Source of the DNA: an uncultured Methanoregulaceae archaeon
Lineage (GTDB): Archaea; Halobacteriota; Methanomicrobia; Methanomicrobiales; Methanospirillaceae
Direction of reading: 5' to 3'
Assembly (NCBI GenBank): GCA_963841015.1
Contig: CAWJAX010000003.1
Span: forward strand, 352,001-416,000
Length of the DNA: 64,000 nucleotides
Numbering within the stretch: the stretch's first letter is position 1; each line of letters begins with the position of its first letter. Shown piece by piece: positions 60,848-64,000 of the stretch. The notes below the pieces were generated by a model. It was not told the DNA's origin. It saw only the letters and a program-made list of their open reading frames with translations, and searched no databases. The position numbers were made by a program, and so were the translations under genes.

Positions 60848-63562
60848 ATGGATGTGACAGAACTACCGGGGAGAAAAGCGTTATTTACCGGGGCGGTAAC
60901 GCCTGCAATACCCGCCAATCCTTCAGAAGAGATTGCACCGGTCAGAGAATCTGAACAAACGATCGCAGAACTCCGACAACGGCTTGACGTAATGGTCAGT
61001 AATAATCCCGTCCCCATGCTCCTGACCACACCCGGGTTCTCAATCGTTGAAGCAAATGCTGCCTATATTGAGATGAGCGGAATCAGGGAACGCGATCTCT
61101 TAAAGACCAATCTGAAAAATTTCAAGATTATCAGCCAGAAGGGAGAGGGGGCTAAAGTCGCTCTTTTAGAAAAACGGCGCTCGTTTGGCGAAGTGAGCGT
61201 GGAATTGCCGTCAGGTATACATATTCTTGAACAATACTGCATTCCGATTATGGGCAAAGACCAGACAATCACCAGTCTGCTCTTTGTCTATAATGACACG
61301 ACAGCACAGAAAAAGAAGAGCGAGGAAATCGAACAGCTCAAGCACCGTTCCGAAACGATTGTCCAGCAAAACCCGATGCCAATCATTCTCGTGGATATGA
61401 ATTTCCACATCCGGGTAGTAAATGAGGCATATGCTTCCTTAAGTGGAATCAGTCGCGTTGACCTGATGAAGATGACCCTGCGTGATTTCAAGATCCTCGA
61501 CCAGACCGGTGAAGGAATCAGGCAGGCAATCCAGGAGAAAAGGCGGGTTGCAGGTGAAGTCCAGGTCGAATTTCCCACGGGTGTAAAAAGGTTGCAGCAG
61601 TATGGTATTCCAATTCTTGACAACAGCGGGAATGTGACCAGTATCCTGATCGTCTATAACGATGTTACTGAGGATCGCCGGCAGATGGATGAGATCACCG
61701 AACTGCACAGGACAGCTGAAACCATTGTCCAGCATAACCCGATCCCCATGCTGATGACCAATCCCGGTTTTGTCGTAATCGAAGCAAATGCAGCCTATGC
61801 AAAGATGAGCGGGATTCCCCGTGATCGCGTCCTTGGCATGAATCTCCGGGAGGTAAAAATTCTCGAGCAGAAAGGCGAAGGTGCAAAGGTGGCCATCGAG
61901 AAGAAACAACGGGCATTTGGTGAAGTTACCGTTGAACTTCCCAGCGGCACACATATCCTCGAGCAGTACGTAATGCCGGTTCTTGATGGCAACAATAAAA
62001 TAAAAAATCTCCTTTTTGTCTACAATGAGGTCACCATTCAACGCAAGAGCCAGCAGGAACTGCAAAAGAAGATGGATGAGGTTGCCCTGCTCAAGCTGCG
62101 GTCAGATATTATCGTCAACCAGAATCCCATGCCTATCATGCTGATGAATACCGGGTTTAAGATCATCATGGTAAATGATGCATATATCTCCCTGACCGGC
62201 CTTGCCCGGGAACGGCTTATCGGCATGAGTGCCAAGGATTTCAAGATCCTCGAACAGAAGGGAGAAGGGCTCAAAAAGGTGCTGCAGGAACAAAAAAGGA
62301 GTTTTGGGGAGATAAAAATTGAATTCCCGACCGGTGTTCGTATCCTCAGCCAGTACGGTATACCCATGGTTGATCCAAAAGGAATTCTCCAGACCATTGT
62401 CTGTGTATATAATGACGTAACGACCCAGCGCGAGCAGGAAACAAAGATCAAAGAGATGATGGACGAAGCACGGGCCAAAGCTGAACTCCTTACCGTAAGC
62501 GCAGAAGAACTCCAGATGGCACTCTCAAAAATTGCATCCGGTGATCTCACGTACCGGGTGAGCATAGATGATGCTGATCCACTGGTAAAGCTGAAGGCCG
62601 ATTATAATGCAGCAGTTGATTCGATCAGGATCGTCTTATCCGACCTGATGCAGGGTATGATCAAACTCGATGCCACCATCAACGATACTATCAAGAGCAC
62701 AGAAGAAATTGCAAAGGCCACCGAGCAGGTTGCAATCTCGTCCCAGAAAGCCGCTGACAATTCAAAATTGCAGCTCACGAATGTAGAAAAGATTTCGACG
62801 GATATTTCAGATATCTCTGCATCCATCGAAGAGATTGCGAGTACTTCACATGATGTAATGACCCATGCGGAGAAAGCTTCCAAAGAAGGTGCACAGGCAG
62901 CAGAGATCGGCCAGCTTGCCACGACCAAGATGCAGAGCGTGGAGAAGGTCTCCAAGCAGAGTGTAGATGAAATAACCGCGTTGAACGAGCAGATGCGTGC
63001 AATCTCAAAAATCGTGAACCTTATTACCGACATCGCCAACCAGACCAACCTGCTGGCACTCAATGCTGCGATTGAAGCTGCCCGGGCTGGCGAACACGGG
63101 CGTGGCTTTGCAGTAGTCGCCGGTGAAGTCAAGAATCTTGCCGGGGAATCCAAGAAAGCAAGCAGCCAGATCGAGACCCTGATCAAAGCAATCCAGGCCA
63201 AGAGTGAGCAGACTTCAGCATCAATGAAAAACTCTTTTGAAGAGATCAAGACGGGTATTGAGAGTGTGAACAAGACGGTCGATTCGCTGAATCTTATCAT
63301 ATCTGAAGCAAATATTGTCGCGCTCGGAGTAACCGAGATTTCCAAAGCAACAGAAGACCAGGCACAGGCAACCAACACGCTTATGACCGGCATCGAATCC
63401 GTATCAATCCTGACCCGGGATAACCAGAAACGGATGGAGGATATGGCAGCCCTTGCTGAAGAGACCAGTGCTTCAACTGAAGAGATCGCAAGCGCTTCGG
63501 CAGAGCTTGCGGAGATGGCAGAACGCAGCAGGAAGATGATGGGGAAGTTCAACCTGAACTGA
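60848..63562 (+). CDS. Soluble methyl-accepting chemotaxis protein with four PAS domains
   Basis: Four ~122-aa repeats (NNPVP, QNPMP, HNPIP, QNPMP) and the MCP hairpin signature; no TM. Confidence 0.93.
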   Translation: MDVTELPGRKALFTGAVTPAIPANPSEEIAPVRESEQTIAELRQRLDVMVSNNPVPMLLTTPGFSIVEANAAYIEMSGIRERDLLKTNLKNFKIISQKGEGAKVALLEKRRSFGEVSVELPSGIHILEQYCIPIMGKDQTITSLLFVYNDTTAQKKKSEEIEQLKHRSETIVQQNPMPIILVDMNFHIRVVNEAYASLSGISRVDLMKMTLRDFKILDQTGEGIRQAIQEKRRVAGEVQVEFPTGVKRLQQYGIPILDNSGNVTSILIVYNDVTEDRRQMDEITELHRTAETIVQHNPIPMLMTNPGFVVIEANAAYAKMSGIPRDRVLGMNLREVKILEQKGEGAKVAIEKKQRAFGEVTVELPSGTHILEQYVMPVLDGNNKIKNLLFVYNEVTIQRKSQQELQKKMDEVALLKLRSDIIVNQNPMPIMLMNTGFKIIMVNDAYISLTGLARERLIGMSAKDFKILEQKGEGLKKVLQEQKRSFGEIKIEFPTGVRILSQYGIPMVDPKGILQTIVCVYNDVTTQREQETKIKEMMDEARAKAELLTVSAEELQMALSKIASGDLTYRVSIDDADPLVKLKADYNAAVDSIRIVLSDLMQGMIKLDATINDTIKSTEEIAKATEQVAISSQKAADNSKLQLTNVEKISTDISDISASIEEIASTSHDVMTHAEKASKEGAQAAEIGQLATTKMQSVEKVSKQSVDEITALNEQMRAISKIVNLITDIANQTNLLALNAAIEAARAGEHGRGFAVVAGEVKNLAGESKKASSQIETLIKAIQAKSEQTSASMKNSFEEIKTGIESVNKTVDSLNLIISEANIVALGVTEISKATEDQAQATNTLMTGIESVSILTRDNQKRMEDMAALAEETSASTEEIASASAELAEMAERSRKMMGKFNLN

Positions 63563-63655
63563 TTGGTGAACCCTTCATCTTTTTATCGGAAAAAACGACA
63601 AATGTTATCATCTTTTAAAAGTTCGCCATATTACTGAAGATAATCCGGGAATATC

Positions 63656-64000
63656 ATGGATGGTTTTGCATCCCTCAAGAGGTTTATCGAACACACACTA
63701 TCTATCCAGTGTTCAAATTACAAAGAGGATTACATCAAGCGCAGGATTACCTCACGGATGCGTTCGACCGATACTGCTAGCTACGAGGATTATCTGGCGT
63801 ATCTGAAAGCAAATCCTCCTGAACTCGAGAACCTCAGGAACGCACTTACTATCAATGTTACAGAATTCTTTCGGGATACCGATGTGTATGACTCCATGAA
63901 AAAGGAGATCCTTCCCTTGTTATTCAGCCAAAGAAAACGGCTGCGTATCTGGTGCGCCGGTTGTTCCACCGGTGAAGAACCCTATTCCCTTGCCATGATA
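63656..64000 (+). CDS. cheR: Chemotaxis methyltransferase, 5' part only (runs off the window edge)
   Basis: Manual translation: YKEDYIKRRI, LTINVTEFFRD, RIWCAGCSTGEEPYSLAM. Confidence 0.93.
   Translation, partial: MDGFASLKRFIEHTLSIQCSNYKEDYIKRRITSRMRSTDTASYEDYLAYLKANPPELENLRNALTINVTEFFRDTDVYDSMKKEILPLLFSQRKRLRIWCAGCSTGEEPYSLAMI

Noticed and set aside
1-64000. CRISPR array, cas genes, rRNA or an autonomous transposase
   Set aside because: No regularly spaced short repeats or matching genes seen

Overview
Chromosomal segment of a methanogenic archaeon, most consistent with Methanomicrobiales (Methanoregula-like; inferred from gene content and order). It holds the start of the archaeal aromatic amino acid operon (two aroA'-type aldolases, then aroB'), pit-DUF47, aMBF1/PAN, TraB, a calpain-like protease beside a large PKD/beta-propeller surface protein, K+ transporters (trkH, kup), a metallophosphoesterase/BASS transporter locus, tRNA-Leu(TAG), a VapBC toxin-antitoxin pair between two cupin gene copies, a type IV pilin, hom/ACT/NAD kinase/IMPase/aIF5A, and a large archaellum (fla/arl) plus chemotaxis cluster. 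Top finding: an unannotated 53-aa leader ORF (1748-1909, minus strand) ending YRDFGIYSSYYFRYFFWYR lies 63 nt upstream of the aro operon and is followed by a hairpin that reaches into the ribosome-binding region, a candidate archaeal ribosome-mediated attenuator sensing Tyr/Phe/Trp. Second: three dispersed non-coding modules (A ~370 bp, B ~210 bp, C ~190 bp), two with terminal inverted repeats and conserved hairpins, occur singly and nested in one another. About eleven genes carry frameshifts that look like sequencing indels. All calls come from reading the sequence and from recalled family motifs; no database searches were run.
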